Positions 8,208-18,413 are shown, counted from the first letter of the stretch. The stretch is DNA of 64,000 nucleotides from Thermoproteota archaeon (GCA_026986575.1 JALSOH010000004.1:160001-224000); one strand, 5' to 3'. Program-made: numbers and translations. Notes: generated by a model from the sequence alone, not told the origin.

Positions 8208-9554
8208 TCACTCGAAGTATTTGAGAAGTGTCGATTCGAAAGCCTTCTTCCCTTCCCTAGGTATCTGGGCTCCAGCGGCCATCTGATGACCGCCACCTGT
8301 CCCACCGGCCTCCTTAGATGCCGTCCTGATGAGCTCGTCGAGGTCTATCCGCTTGGAGCTTCCCTTCCCAGTCAGCCTAGCTGACACCTTTATCATGCCC
8401 TCATCGGTATGCGCGTACCCCACTACTATGTCCGCTTCTCTAAGGGATTTGCTGAGTATCGACGTGACCGTGCCTATCATGGTGTCCTCGGCCAAGCCCT
8501 CATCTATGAAAGCCACTCTGCCTACTATTCTGGGCCTGGCGCTCCTCAGTACTTGGGCGAGAACCCTCTTGTAGGACTGTTGCAGCTCTAGCGCTTTCCT
8601 CAGGACCTCTCCTCTTAGGCCGGAAGCTAGCAGGGCTCCCACATGACCGCCCCCCATTCGCCCGCAGGCGTTGAGTATCGTGGCGAAGCTGCCCAGATCC
8701 CTGAGAGGGGAACCCTTGGGCTCCTTCAGATATATGTAGACGTTTCCCACCAAAGATTTAGCTTTCTCTAAGCTCTCCATCCTCTTGACCAGCTCGTTGG
8801 TCAGGTCCCTCTTCTGCTCCTCCGACAGGTCAGAGAGGGTGATCCACCTCTCCCCCACCTTTATGGGTATCCCCAAGGACTCAACGAGTGCCAACGCCCC
8901 GGCTGAGTTGTTGGACACTCCCTCTATGAAGGGATCCACCGTCCTCTCCAGCGATGCTACCAAGGGGTAATCCGGACCTCCAAAGAGCCTGAGGTCCGGC
9001 ATGACCTCTACCAATCCTGATTCCACGGCCAGCTTCAGTATCTCGGCGTTGAGGCCCCGGAAACCATCGTTCTCCTGGACGTCGCCCAGCGCCCCGGTTA
9101 TGGCCATCGGGGCCATGTCGGGATCATCCAGCATCTCGTAATACAGCAGGAAGGCCACCCCAGCACCGCTGATCTCCCTGTCTCCGTCTATCCCGGCAAG
9201 GAACGGATTGAGGATCCTCGCCTTTCCAACATCCCCCTCCGGGCGGTGATGGTCCACTATGAAGATCTTCTTCCCCAGTGAGGATATGATTTGGAGGTCG
9301 CCGGAACCCAGATCTGAGAATAGATATACCTCGTAGGGCTCTCTCCTCAGTTCCTCCACGAGAGACTCGCTGACGTACTTGACGATCGTCAGGTGGAAGG
9401 GGACGTTCAGCCTTCTGAGGAGGGAGATCAATATACCTGCTGAACTCAGGCCATCGGCATCGAGGTGGCTTATCAACCTTACCGTACCCTCAAAGGAGTT
9501 GTATAGGTCCCGGGCGAAGGACCTGACGTGATCCCGGAACCGGCCTAGGTCCAA
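8208..9554 (-). CDS. RecJ/Cdc45-like DHH phosphoesterase
   Basis: SHLDADG, DLGSG, VDHH, DHHA1 GGGH motifs; conserved position after rps15. Confidence 0.9.
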   Translation of the reverse strand: MDLGRFRDHVRSFARDLYNSFEGTVRLISHLDADGLSSAGILISLLRRLNVPFHLTIVKYVSESLVEELRREPYEVYLFSDLGSGDLQIISSLGKKIFIVDHHRPEGDVGKARILNPFLAGIDGDREISGAGVAFLLYYEMLDDPDMAPMAITGALGDVQENDGFRGLNAEILKLAVESGLVEVMPDLRLFGGPDYPLVASLERTVDPFIEGVSNNSAGALALVESLGIPIKVGERWITLSDLSEEQKRDLTNELVKRMESLEKAKSLVGNVYIYLKEPKGSPLRDLGSFATILNACGRMGGGHVGALLASGLRGEVLRKALELQQSYKRVLAQVLRSARPRIVGRVAFIDEGLAEDTMIGTVTSILSKSLREADIVVGYAHTDEGMIKVSARLTGKGSSKRIDLDELIRTASKEAGGTGGGHQMAAGAQIPREGKKAFESTLLKYFE

Positions 9555-9565
9555 GGGAACCCCTT

Positions 9566-10021
9566 CTATGACGCGTAGAGCTCGGCCAGCTCGGGACTGT
9601 AGCGCCAGTCCGGTGGGAGCTTACCCACCCTCTTGTAGTACTTGACCAGCCTGCTTATCTTGGACTCCGTGAGTATGAGACCCCTCTTGGCGTGGAAGTC
9701 CTTCCTATGCTCCTCTAGATGCTTCCTGATCTTGTATGCCTTGCTTATCAGCGCCAGTAGATCCTCGGGTATGGGCGGCGCTGCATCGTGCTCCTCCAGT
9801 ATCTGGGTTATCTTCTTACCGACGACCCTCTTCACTAGAGGTACTCCGTACTCGTCCCTAAGTATCATGCCTATCTGGCTGGGGGAGACTCCTCTCTTGC
9901 CAAGCTTAACCACCAGCTCCTCTATCTCCTCCTTGGACAGGGGGACCCAGTCTAGGGGGGTCTCTCTGGGGGGCCTAGTCGACTCGGACTTGCCCTTCTT
10001 CCTGCTGTGCATCCTAGCCAT
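9566..10021 (-). CDS. rps15: 30S ribosomal protein S15 (uS15)
   Basis: [14 protein letters not shown]...[12 protein letters not shown]...[12 protein letters not shown]. Confidence 0.97.
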   Translation of the reverse strand: MARMHSRKKGKSESTRPPRETPLDWVPLSKEEIEELVVKLGKRGVSPSQIGMILRDEYGVPLVKRVVGKKITQILEEHDAAPPIPEDLLALISKAYKIRKHLEEHRKDFHAKRGLILTESKISRLVKYYKRVGKLPPDWRYSPELAELYAS

Positions 10022-10025
10022 TTGT

Positions 10026-10616
10026 TCACCCTTCAGCTCCCCATGACCCAAGCTCGTTTTTAAACAATTGCGCCCCCCTCGCCCGAAGGAAACGCCGGAG
10101 TTCCCTCACCGCTGCTCCCCTATGCGAGAATACGTCCTTCTCTTCTCCCAGCTCACCGAAGGTCCTGCCTCCTGATCCCTCGGGAATGAAAATGGGGTCA
10201 AAACCCCAGCCCCCTCCCCTAGGTTCGGTGGATATCCGGCCCCTCGACCTGCCCACGAAGGTCAGTAGCTCCCTCCCCGTGTGTAGCGCTATGACTGAGA
10301 TGAACTCCGCTTCCCTATCATCGATACCGGACATTAGTTTTAGCAGGCCCTCATTTCCCAGCTTCGAGAACACGTAAGAGGAGAACGGCCCTGGGAAGCC
10401 CCCCAGCGAGTGTATGAACAGACCGGCGTCCTCCAAGAAGAAGGGCTTAGGCAGGTGGTCTGCCAGCCACAGGGCCGAAGTGAGCGCCACTTCCTCGAGA
10501 TCGTCGCTCTGCGGTTCGAGATATTCTATTTGGATCCATTGGACCTTCACTATGTCGGAGAGCATCCTCCTGAACTCCTCATACTTGTGCCTGTTAGAGG
10601 ACGCCAGATAGATCAT
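10026..10616 (-). CDS. rdgB: Non-canonical purine NTP pyrophosphatase (RdgB/HAM1)
   Basis: [28 protein letters not shown] motifs. Confidence 0.95.
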   Translation of the reverse strand: MIYLASSNRHKYEEFRRMLSDIVKVQWIQIEYLEPQSDDLEEVALTSALWLADHLPKPFFLEDAGLFIHSLGGFPGPFSSYVFSKLGNEGLLKLMSGIDDREAEFISVIALHTGRELLTFVGRSRGRISTEPRGGGWGFDPIFIPEGSGGRTFGELGEEKDVFSHRGAAVRELRRFLRARGAQLFKNELGSWGAEG

Positions 10617-11200
10617 TTGTATCTCCCTCTAGCCTCCACCTTGACCAGCCTGGCCAGCACCCTGTCAGAGAGTTCACCGCACTTCCGATATCCGCGGAGG
10701 AAGGATTGCCAGAGCGGCTCCCAATCGTCTCTGAGGGACTTGAGGGACCTCTTGAGCACGTAAAGGTCGACGGCATAGTCCTCAACGTCGTGGGTGTACT
10801 CAGCGAGGCCGAAGTCTATGAGGCATATTCCAGAGGGAGTCACCAGCGCGTTGTAGAGGGTAAGGTCGTTGTGGGCTATGTGGGACGAGTGGAGCTTGCA
10901 GGCCATGTCCCCGAAGATCTCCATCCTCTCGGGAGTGAGCTCCTCTGCAAGCCTCACGCCTTCTATGAACTCCATCATCAGTGAGTCCTTCCACACATCC
11001 AACACGGCCGGAACGCTCACCCCTCCCAGTCTAGCCCTCCTCATTAACCTAGCCTCCTTCCTAGTCCTCCCTCTCCTCAGGTGGATGTCCAAGTCGGGGT
11101 GCCTGTACCCCTTCCTGATCCTCCTCTTCACCACCACGGGGAGACCCATGAATTCGGTCCTGTAGAGCTCCGCCTCAGCTCCCCTGTATATCAGCTCCAT
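10613..11200 (-). CDS. bud32: KEOPS kinase Bud32
   Basis: GAEA, YRHPDLD, HNDLT, IDFGL, RGRY C-terminus. Confidence 0.95.
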   Translation of the reverse strand: MELIYRGAEAELYRTEFMGLPVVVKRRIRKGYRHPDLDIHLRRGRTRKEARLMRRARLGGVSVPAVLDVWKDSLMMEFIEGVRLAEELTPERMEIFGDMACKLHSSHIAHNDLTLYNALVTPSGICLIDFGLAEYTHDVEDYAVDLYVLKRSLKSLRDDWEPLWQSFLRGYRKCGELSDRVLARLVKVEARGRYK

Positions 11201-11209
11201 CCCATTAAC

Positions 11210-11878
11210 TCACCTCCAACCGAACTTACCCCTCAAGGGGACGAAGGCCACATCCGTGACCCTCTTGGTGACCATTCTCCCCTCAACCTTCTCGACTAGG
11301 AGGAGTTCCTGGCCCCAGAGACCCGGGGTCCCAACTGGGATGACCATCTTGCCGCCCTCCTTGAGCATTTCGAAGAGGGGTTTTGGAATGTCGGGCGCAG
11401 CGGCGGTCACTAGTATCCTATCGACCTTCACCCTCAGGGGAACCCCGGCGCCGCCATCCATGTTGAGCACATGGACTCTACAGGAGTACCCTGCGGCCAT
11501 CAGATTGTAACGCGCGAGAGTGGCCAAGTGGGGATTTATCTCGACACTCACCACGACTCCCCAAGTGTGGGGCGGCTCCTCCAATGGGGCCACTATCTCG
11601 GCCACAGTAGCTGCGTGGTATCCGCTGCCCGCCCCCACCTCAAGCACCACCTGGCCCACTTCCAAGTCCAAGAGCTCGTTCATCATGAAGACCATGTGGA
11701 GCGCGCTTATGGTCTGCCCCTCCCCTATAGGGAGGGGCGTGTCGGCGTAGACCACATCCTTATAGCTTTTGGGGACGAACATCTCCCTCTTGACCCTTTC
11801 AGCGGCTCTCCTGACCTTCTCGCTCCTTATAATTCCGAGTCTCACCAGCCTATCCACTAACGATTTATGAGTGTCCAT
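11210..11878 (-). CDS. pcm: Protein-L-isoaspartate O-methyltransferase
   Basis: GQTISALHM, VLEVGAGSGY, RILVTAAA, VAFVPL; start at MDTHKSL. Confidence 0.93.
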   Translation of the reverse strand: MDTHKSLVDRLVRLGIIRSEKVRRAAERVKREMFVPKSYKDVVYADTPLPIGEGQTISALHMVFMMNELLDLEVGQVVLEVGAGSGYHAATVAEIVAPLEEPPHTWGVVVSVEINPHLATLARYNLMAAGYSCRVHVLNMDGGAGVPLRVKVDRILVTAAAPDIPKPLFEMLKEGGKMVIPVGTPGLWGQELLLVEKVEGRMVTKRVTDVAFVPLRGKFGWR

Positions 11879-11890
11879 TCGGGGAAACTT

Positions 11891-12301
11891 ATGCTGGAGG
11901 AAATAATAGCTTACGGGCACCCCAACATAACTGCCAAGCACAGGACCACGCTCCAAGTGACCAAGGACGAGGAGATAACCCCGAGGGCAGACTGCATCAT
12001 AGGGGTCAGGGCCGATAAGGCGGTGAGGGACCTCTCGCAGGAGCTTAAGTCCCACCTGATCGAAGGAGGGTCCGTGAGTATCACCATTTCGGTGGGAGGA
12101 ATGGAGTTCCGCCTGGAGGCGGTGGGAGATCCGAGACTCAGGCTCACTCACGCTAGGGATGCGGTCGTGAGGAGATCCGACTTCGTTGATGACAGGACCC
12201 TAGTCATCAGGTCCAGCGCCGCGGCTAGAGATCTGCCTAGGGAGATGGTGAGGGTCATGAGGAGGGCTGACGAGGTAGTGGTCATGGAGATAATCTTCTG
12301 A
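11891..12301 (+). CDS. DUF371 family protein
   Basis: GHPNITAKHRTTLQVTKD...TPRADCIIGV. Confidence 0.9.
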   Translation: MLEEIIAYGHPNITAKHRTTLQVTKDEEITPRADCIIGVRADKAVRDLSQELKSHLIEGGSVSITISVGGMEFRLEAVGDPRLRLTHARDAVVRRSDFVDDRTLVIRSSAAARDLPREMVRVMRRADEVVVMEIIF

Positions 12302-12304
12302 CGA

Positions 12305-13393
12305 TCAGTGAAACCCCTGAGCCACTGGATCCTTAGGTTTGATGATCTCCCTCAGGAAGGAGGTTGCGTAAGTCCCCCTATCGAGGAAGAAGGACAGGAT
12401 TAGGTTATTCTCTCTCCAAAGCGACGCTAGGGACTTGACCCTCGCCAGCGCCGCTCTGAGGTCTCCCAAGGCGCTTATCTCTGGAAGTTCCCTGAACAGG
12501 AACAGGTCCAATGATACGCTCTCCTCACTCAGCAAGTCCCTCAGCGCCTCAGACGCCCATCCCCTCACTCTAGTGTAGGCCCCAGGAATGGGTAGCACCA
12601 ACTCGCCATCTTCGGGGTAGAGGGCCACCTCACCGTTCTCCTTGATGACGAGATCTCCCTCCCTGGGGTTGAGGCCCTCAAGCAACCTCTTTGATAGGAG
12701 CACGTTGAAGAGGTAGGATTGGTAGGAGTGAACGTAGAACCTGAGCAGCTCAACTCCCACCTCGCTAGCCAACTGCCTCAGGCTCCTACCTTGGGTCTCG
12801 TACCCCTGCTCCGCCATCATCGATGTGGCTGACCTGAGGTCCCTGAGGATGAGGGCCCTTCCTATTTCATGATTGAAGGGGGGCCTCACCCCGAACCTCT
12901 GGTAGGAGAAGAAGTTGGGGAACCTGTCGGGTATTGAGGGGGTTAACGCGCCCCCCCGAACAACTACGGTGAAGTGGTTACCGTCGTTCCTCCCCTTAGA
13001 TAGGGGTTCGTGGAGCCGTCCCACTGGCCTGATCCACACGCCATTTCTGACCTCTCTGAGCCTGAATCTCCCCTCCAGCGAGAAGAACTGGAAGGCAATG
13101 GCTCTGGCATCCTTCAGTCCTGCGTACCTGACTCGACCACCCAGTTCCCTGTTGATGAGGGAGGCGAGCTCCCTAGTCCCCATTTTGGTGAATTTGGCGG
13201 CCACCACATAGTGGCAGGGTCCCTCCGACGGGAAGTCCTCCACCCCTAGGAGGACCCGAGATGCCCTCCTTCTCATGAGGACTTCGTCCACTATGAAATC
13301 GCTGAGCCTCTCTTTTATCCTCCCGCCGATTCCATCACCTTCAGTGAGGTAAGTCAGCATCCCCAACCTCTCGTCCAGTTCGGGCACTCTCAC
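12305..13393 (-). CDS. truD: tRNA pseudouridine(13) synthase TruD
   Basis: DFIVDE, YAGLKDARA, PNFFSYQRFG, QSYLFN, GTYATSFLRE. Confidence 0.93.
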   Translation of the reverse strand: MRVPELDERLGMLTYLTEGDGIGGRIKERLSDFIVDEVLMRRRASRVLLGVEDFPSEGPCHYVVAAKFTKMGTRELASLINRELGGRVRYAGLKDARAIAFQFFSLEGRFRLREVRNGVWIRPVGRLHEPLSKGRNDGNHFTVVVRGGALTPSIPDRFPNFFSYQRFGVRPPFNHEIGRALILRDLRSATSMMAEQGYETQGRSLRQLASEVGVELLRFYVHSYQSYLFNVLLSKRLLEGLNPREGDLVIKENGEVALYPEDGELVLPIPGAYTRVRGWASEALRDLLSEESVSLDLFLFRELPEISALGDLRAALARVKSLASLWRENNLILSFFLDRGTYATSFLREIIKPKDPVAQGFH

Positions 13394-13746
13394 CTGTACA
13401 GCCTCAGCCTCCCGGTGACCCTATCGATCCTCTCGCTCTCGTGGGGCCCTATCCCAACGGCCGTGGGGGTTCCGGGTTCCAGCTCGGTCAGGCCAGCATC
13501 CCTTATCAGGACAGCAGGCAGGCCCTTCTCCAGAGCCTCCCGGTAGACATCCATGAGCTCATCCTCGCTCCCCACCTGAACGACCACCTTCTTAGCCCCT
13601 TCATCCCTCCACATCCTGTACACATCCGGCATCCTCTTTCTCACCACTTCCGCTGCCTCAAGTGATGCGTGGGCTACCTGAACCGCAAGTTTGCCGCAGC
13701 TCATTCCCAGATCCTTCCTCACCACTATGACCTGCTTGTACCTCAC
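13390..13746 (-). CDS. pth2: Peptidyl-tRNA hydrolase Pth2
   Basis: KQVIVVRKDLGMSCGKLAVQVAHA, DAGLTEL, GIGP. Confidence 0.95.
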   Translation of the reverse strand: MRYKQVIVVRKDLGMSCGKLAVQVAHASLEAAEVVRKRMPDVYRMWRDEGAKKVVVQVGSEDELMDVYREALEKGLPAVLIRDAGLTELEPGTPTAVGIGPHESERIDRVTGRLRLYR

Positions 13747-14816
13747 GAGAACACCCTCCCAAGCAATCTCAAGTAGTCGAGGGCCACATGTCTCCACGTC
13801 CTAGATAGGGCCTTATCCCTTCCTCTCTCACCCATCTCCTTCCTGAGATCGTCGTTCAGTAGGAGGAAGGCCACTCTGTCTGCCATCTTCTCGGCATTCC
13901 TCTCCTCGATGTAACCATTCACCCCGTCCTCCACGAGGTCCCTAGCCCCACCCACATCGGTGGTGATCACTGGAGTGCCAGCAGCCATCGCCTCCCTTAT
14001 AACCAATCCGTAGCCTTCGAATCTGGCTGGATGAAGGAGGAGATCAGCTGCTCTATAATATTTGACCGTCTCCTCGAACTTCTTACGGCCTAGGAGGATG
14101 ATACGGTCCCTCACGCCTAGACGAGCGGCTTTCTCCTCTATGATCCTTCTGAGGGGACCTTCCCCAATTAGTAAAAAATTCGCAACGACCTCCTTCTTCA
14201 TCAGGAAGGCTGCTATCTCCGGGACCATGTCGAACCCCTTAGCCTCAATCAGGGCTCCAACCGATAAAACCAGCTTGTTTCCGGGATCCAAACCCAAATC
14301 CTCTCTCACCTCCTCCCTAGGAGGGAGTGCTAGAAAGGGATCTGGATCTATCCCTCCCGGTATGACATCGCTTACCTCTATGCCCGAATCTTCGAGGCGC
14401 TCGGCCAACCAACTACTCACTGAGATCACAGCTTCAGCCCTAGAGGATGCAATTCTAGAGAGGCGGGGCGAGATCCTGAGATCACTGCCGTGAAACGTGA
14501 CTGTATAGGGTACTCCGAGGAAGCTTGCGAGCCAGGCAGCGACACCGGAGGTTATGGCGTATTGGGCTAGGGCTACATCCGGTTCCTCCCTAACTAGTGA
14601 GAACGCCGAATAGGTCATGAACGCGAGCCCCCTCAGACCCCGAATCCTCACATTAGGGGACCTCCTCACCTGCTCCCCCCACCTAGATCTGGCGTAGTAA
14701 TAGGAGACGACGACCACGTTGTGTCCCAAAGAAGCGAGTTCTCCCGCCAAGTACGTGGTGTATATCTGCACGCCGCCCATATCTGGGTGGTAGGGCCCCA
14801 CGAGCGCTATCCTCAT
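13743..14816 (-). CDS. Glycosyltransferase family 4
   Basis: GGVQ, TFHGSD, EGYGLVIREAMAAGTPVI. Confidence 0.9.
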   Translation of the reverse strand: MRIALVGPYHPDMGGVQIYTTYLAGELASLGHNVVVVSYYYARSRWGEQVRRSPNVRIRGLRGLAFMTYSAFSLVREEPDVALAQYAITSGVAAWLASFLGVPYTVTFHGSDLRISPRLSRIASSRAEAVISVSSWLAERLEDSGIEVSDVIPGGIDPDPFLALPPREEVREDLGLDPGNKLVLSVGALIEAKGFDMVPEIAAFLMKKEVVANFLLIGEGPLRRIIEEKAARLGVRDRIILLGRKKFEETVKYYRAADLLLHPARFEGYGLVIREAMAAGTPVITTDVGGARDLVEDGVNGYIEERNAEKMADRVAFLLLNDDLRKEMGERGRDKALSRTWRHVALDYLRLLGRVFS

Positions 14817-14892
14817 CTGGAGGAGTTGACAGTTCGACTTGATAAAGACCAAGGTTTAATTCGAGGGAGCGGCGGAATAACTGTGACCTCCC

Positions 14893-15921
14893 ATGGGGGT
14901 CAAGATAGGTGATCTGATAATCAAGAAGGTGGAGCTCAGGCTGAAGGACCTATCTGGAAGGAGGTTGGCCCTCGATGCGTTCAACGCTATGTATCAGTTC
15001 CTCGCCAAGATAAGGCAGCCCGACGGCACGCCCCTAATGACTAGCAGGGGGGAGATAACCAGTGTCCACTCTGGGATCTTCTACAGGACCGCGAACCTGT
15101 TGAAGGAAGGGATAATTCCCGTCTACGTTTTCGATGGGGAGCCACCGGAGTTCAAGGCCGAGACAGTTGAGGAGCGCATAAGGGCTAGGGAGGAGGCTGG
15201 AGAGAGGTGGAAGGAAGCCCTCCAGAAGGGAGATCTGGAGGAGGCTAGGAAGTACGCCCAAGCAGCGTTGATGGTTACGGATGAGATGGTGGAGGATGCC
15301 AAGCAGATACTCCGACTGATGGGCGTTCCAGTCGTGCAAGCGCTAAGTGAGGGTGAAGCCCAAGCTGCCCATATGGCCGCCAAAGGGGATGTCTGGGCAG
15401 CCGCCTCCCAAGATTACGACTCCCTCTTGTTCGGCGCGCCAAAGCTCGTTAGAAATGTTACGATCACAGGCAAGAGGAAGCTCCCCGGGAAGAACATATA
15501 CATTGATGTGCATCCCGAGTTAATAGAGTTAAAGGATGTTTTGAATGCTCACGGGATCACTAGGGAGCAGCTGATACTCATAGGCATCTTAGTGGGGACC
15601 GACTACAACCCCGGTGGTGTCAGGGGGATAGGGGTAAAGAGGGCACTGGAGCTTGTGAAGAGATTCCCGAAGCCCGAGATCCTCTTCTCCAAGGTGAATT
15701 GGGAGTTCGATGTGGATCCCCAAAGCATATTAGAGTTCTTCCTGAATCCACCCACCACCGACGACTACGACATCAACCTGAGGAGACCCGACAGGGAAGG
15801 ATTGCTTAAGTTCATGGTTGAGGAGCACGAATTCTCGGAGGACAGGGTGAGAAAGGTGATAGATGAGGTAGAGGAGGCATACAAGATGTTGGCAGGAGGA
15901 GGATTGGAGGCCTGGTTCTGA
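14893..15921 (+). CDS. fen: Flap endonuclease 1
   Basis: [35 protein letters not shown]-terminal PIP-like LEAWF. Confidence 0.97.
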   Translation: MGVKIGDLIIKKVELRLKDLSGRRLALDAFNAMYQFLAKIRQPDGTPLMTSRGEITSVHSGIFYRTANLLKEGIIPVYVFDGEPPEFKAETVEERIRAREEAGERWKEALQKGDLEEARKYAQAALMVTDEMVEDAKQILRLMGVPVVQALSEGEAQAAHMAAKGDVWAAASQDYDSLLFGAPKLVRNVTITGKRKLPGKNIYIDVHPELIELKDVLNAHGITREQLILIGILVGTDYNPGGVRGIGVKRALELVKRFPKPEILFSKVNWEFDVDPQSILEFFLNPPTTDDYDINLRRPDREGLLKFMVEEHEFSEDRVRKVIDEVEEAYKMLAGGGLEAWF

Positions 15922-15926
15922 GCCGC

Positions 15927-16175
15927 TCACTCCTCGTCCGGTGTCAGATATCTCCTCTCACCGGCTATTTCGATGAGCAGCTCTCCCTTCTTACCGCTCG
16001 CTGATGTGACGACTTTGCCCATTACCTCCAGCTTAAGTAGGGCCTCCTCTATCTGTGAGAGCGATACTCCCGGTATTTTGGAGGAGACCAGCTCGTACAG
16101 GTCCCTGTCGTTTATTACCTTCTTGCTCCTGACCACATCGTAGACTACTGTGAGGAGGGGTAGGTTCCGGGACAT
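15927..16175 (-). CDS. Small winged-helix protein
   Basis: DRDLYELV...SLSQIEEALLKLEVMGKV; co-oriented with EF-1beta. Confidence 0.65.
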   Translation of the reverse strand: MSRNLPLLTVVYDVVRSKKVINDRDLYELVSSKIPGVSLSQIEEALLKLEVMGKVVTSASGKKGELLIEIAGERRYLTPDEE

Positions 16176-16445
16176 TCAGCCCGCCCTGCTCACTCTCTCA
16201 AGTTCAGCGCTGCTCACTCCTTCGATGCCCTGTATGACCTCCATTATCCTGTCGGTTATTCCGTCCTCCTCTGGGGCGGTGAGCACCACGCTGAGGGCCG
16301 TTATCCCAAAGCCGATGGGTTTCTCCTCGTAGCTCTCTAGACTACTCCCGATTGAGGAGAGGGCCTTCCTGAGGTCCTCAACGATCTTGGCCGATTCTAC
16401 GCTCCCATCGAGGAGCACCCTCACTAGAGCCATTATCCTAGCCAT
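16176..16445 (-). CDS. ef1b: Elongation factor 1-beta
   Basis: EEKPIGFGITAL...IEGVSSAE. Confidence 0.93.
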   Translation of the reverse strand: MARIMALVRVLLDGSVESAKIVEDLRKALSSIGSSLESYEEKPIGFGITALSVVLTAPEEDGITDRIMEVIQGIEGVSSAELERVSRAG

Positions 16446-16455
16446 TCAGACCACC

Positions 16456-16692
16456 TCACGGACCGACGAATCCGCAGTTGGGACAGACATACTCGTTGGC
16501 CTGCTTCCTGCAGACCTTGCACCTTATTATGATAGCCTCTCCGCAGTTAGGGCAGCGGAAGGCCACGAACCCCTGCTCGTAAGTGACCTTCTTACCGCAT
16601 GAGGTGCAGTAAACATCCTCGTCGGGAGGTATTAGGGTGAAGACTAGGCTCTCGCTGGACACTTCATCACACCGGTAAGGGCCCCGCCCCAC
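16456..16692 (-). CDS. DUF1610 zinc-ribbon protein (HVO_2753-like)
   Basis: CTSCG, FRCPNCG, RCKVCRK, YVCPNCGFVGP; conserved upstream of EF-1beta. Confidence 0.9.
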   Translation of the reverse strand: MGRGPYRCDEVSSESLVFTLIPPDEDVYCTSCGKKVTYEQGFVAFRCPNCGEAIIIRCKVCRKQANEYVCPNCGFVGP

Positions 16693-16710
16693 GGTAATTT
16701 AAAGATGTCC

Positions 16711-17778
16711 CTAACTGGTCTGCGACCTGAACCTCTCAGTTAGGGTCACCAAGTAGGTCTTGCCGTACTTCTTCCTCTCCACGACCTTCCTATCGACTAG
16801 ATCCTTCAATAGTCTGCTTATCTTTGGTTTGGAGAACCCGGTCAGCTCGGGGAGCTCCTCCTGCGACACCTCGCCTCTCTCCATGACGACCTCTATGAGC
16901 TTCCTCTCATCCACGGTGAAGAAATCCATTATGTCGGAGGGACCCGGCTTGGGCCTCAGCCTGTAGATCAGGATCGCTACTGCCAGGCCGGCAAGCAGAC
17001 CCGTGAGGAGGGGGAGGGGTTTGAGGATCTCCCTTATTATGAACGAGGGTGACCATCCGCCTGAGAAGGGTTTGCTACCTCCTATCTCTCCGATGACCTC
17101 CACATTATAACCATGAGATGTGAACTTAGCTGCCTCCTCCCTATCTAGGCTACTACCTATCACCACCAAACTCTTCACATCCTTGAGGTGCTCCTTCAGG
17201 GCCGCTTCAAAGCCCTCGGGAGGCCTGCCGTTCATCGTGTAGATTATCGGGGCGTTCCTCTCCACGGCAACAGAGAGTGCCACCATGTAGTAGGAGGAAT
17301 TGAGCCCGTCAGCCAGCACCACTGAATCGCAGTCGTTCCAGTAGTACATAGCTAGGAGGAGGGATGTGTCGAGCCTAGTCGCCCCCCCTATCCTGCTGAC
17401 GGTCGCCCCCATTCTCCGCAGCTTTTCCTCGAATTCAATAGGGACGGCGTTAGGGGCACCTATTATGAGGATGCTCATGCCCTTACGGAACCTCATGAAC
17501 CCGGAGAGGAGGTTGAGCACCTCTCCCTCGTTGTCTGCCGTTAGATGCATGACCCAAGATCCGTGGGTTATACCGTAGGCCATGGCCACTGCCCAATCGG
17601 TGTATATGTCTCCCCTCACGATTACGGCGTCGAAACGAGCTTGCTGTCCCGAGAGGGGGATCAGGGGTATGATCAGAATGATCAGCAGGAGGATGGCGGG
17701 CCCGCCGGGACTTGAACCCGGGACCTCCGGCTCCGCAGGCCGGCGCTCTGATCCTTGCTGAGCTACGGGCCCGCTCAT
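16711..17778 (-). CDS. Membrane-anchored protein: signal helix, cell-wall-binding-2-like domain, TM, C-terminal wHTH
   Basis: VSRIGGATRLDTS repeat motif; TM LPLLTGLLAGLAVAILIY; QEELPELTGFSKPKISRLL; start uncertain because it overlaps tRNA-Arg. Confidence 0.75.
   Translation of the reverse strand: MSGPVAQQGSERRPAEPEVPGSSPGGPAILLLIILIIPLIPLSGQQARFDAVIVRGDIYTDWAVAMAYGITHGSWVMHLTADNEGEVLNLLSGFMRFRKGMSILIIGAPNAVPIEFEEKLRRMGATVSRIGGATRLDTSLLLAMYYWNDCDSVVLADGLNSSYYMVALSVAVERNAPIIYTMNGRPPEGFEAALKEHLKDVKSLVVIGSSLDREEAAKFTSHGYNVEVIGEIGGSKPFSGGWSPSFIIREILKPLPLLTGLLAGLAVAILIYRLRPKPGPSDIMDFFTVDERKLIEVVMERGEVSQEELPELTGFSKPKISRLLKDLVDRKVVERKKYGKTYLVTLTERFRSQTS
17694..17772 (-). tRNA. tRNA-Arg(GCG), CCA encoded
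   Basis: GGGCCCG acceptor stem; CCGGC-CTGCGGA-GCCGG anticodon arm; GTTCAAGT T-loop. Confidence 0.95.
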
Positions 17779-17828
17779 TTGAAACCCTCCAAGTGAGAGG
17801 AGTTTGTGGATTGAAAAAGGTTAATGGA

Positions 17829-17993
17829 TCACTTCCTCACGAGCTTGGTCTTCTTCAGCCGGAGGTTCTTGCTCCTGCACCTCCTGCATCTAGTAGCGCT
17901 TAGGGGATTCCTAGCGCCGCATTTCCTGCATATCTTGTATCCCAGCAGGGCTTTCATAGCCACACTCCTTTTGAACGGGTCTTCTATCGGCAT
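17829..17993 (-). CDS. rpl40e: 50S ribosomal protein L40e (not in the ORF track)
   Basis: MPIEDPFKRSVAMKALLGYKICRKCGARNPLSATRCRRCRSKNLRLKK. Confidence 0.95.
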   Translation of the reverse strand: MPIEDPFKRSVAMKALLGYKICRKCGARNPLSATRCRRCRSKNLRLKKTKLVRK

Positions 17994-18062
17994 TTCGATC
18001 TCCCAGCTAGGGGCATCGCACGGCTTGATAAAACTTTATGCTTGTGGATCGTGGGATAGATC

Positions 18063-18413
18063 ATGGGCTCGGGATTGAGGGAAAGGGTGCTCAGGGAGCT
18101 TAGTGGGCCGGAGGTTCTCCATCTCAGGGAGCTCTTGAGGAAGCTGGATGTCTCCATCTCCGAACTCAAGCCTGTACTGGAGGAGATGGTGAGAGAAGGA
18201 CTGGTAGAGAAGTTCTCTCATGGAGGATACACTTTCTACAGGATAACTAGTGAGGGTAAGGGGTTCCTGCTTCAGATGGAGGCCGAATCCCAACTCACAA
18301 ATGAGGGGATGGGGATAGAGGCGGAAGTGGATGAGGATTCAGAAAGAAGTACTGAAGAAGGTGAAAGTGAGGATACAGAGGGTGGAGGTCAGGTGGACGA
18401 TTCGATGGCTTAG
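18063..18413 (+). CDS. Winged-helix protein with acidic C-terminal tail
   Basis: [30 protein letters not shown]...YRITSEG; E/D-rich tail. Confidence 0.7.
   Translation: MGSGLRERVLRELSGPEVLHLRELLRKLDVSISELKPVLEEMVREGLVEKFSHGGYTFYRITSEGKGFLLQMEAESQLTNEGMGIEAEVDEDSERSTEEGESEDTEGGGQVDDSMA

Noticed and set aside
11879-12151. N-terminal extensions in the ORF track for pcm, radical SAM (to 48255), GINS (to 61615) and GT2 (to 45664)
   Set aside because: They overlap or abut neighbouring conserved genes; homology starts at downstream Met codons
2876-17772. A 15-kb integrated element bounded by the tRNA-Arg(GCG) gene and the att-like half at 2876
   Set aside because: Anticodons differ (GCG vs TCG) and the interval contains core genes (rps15, fen, ef1b, truD)
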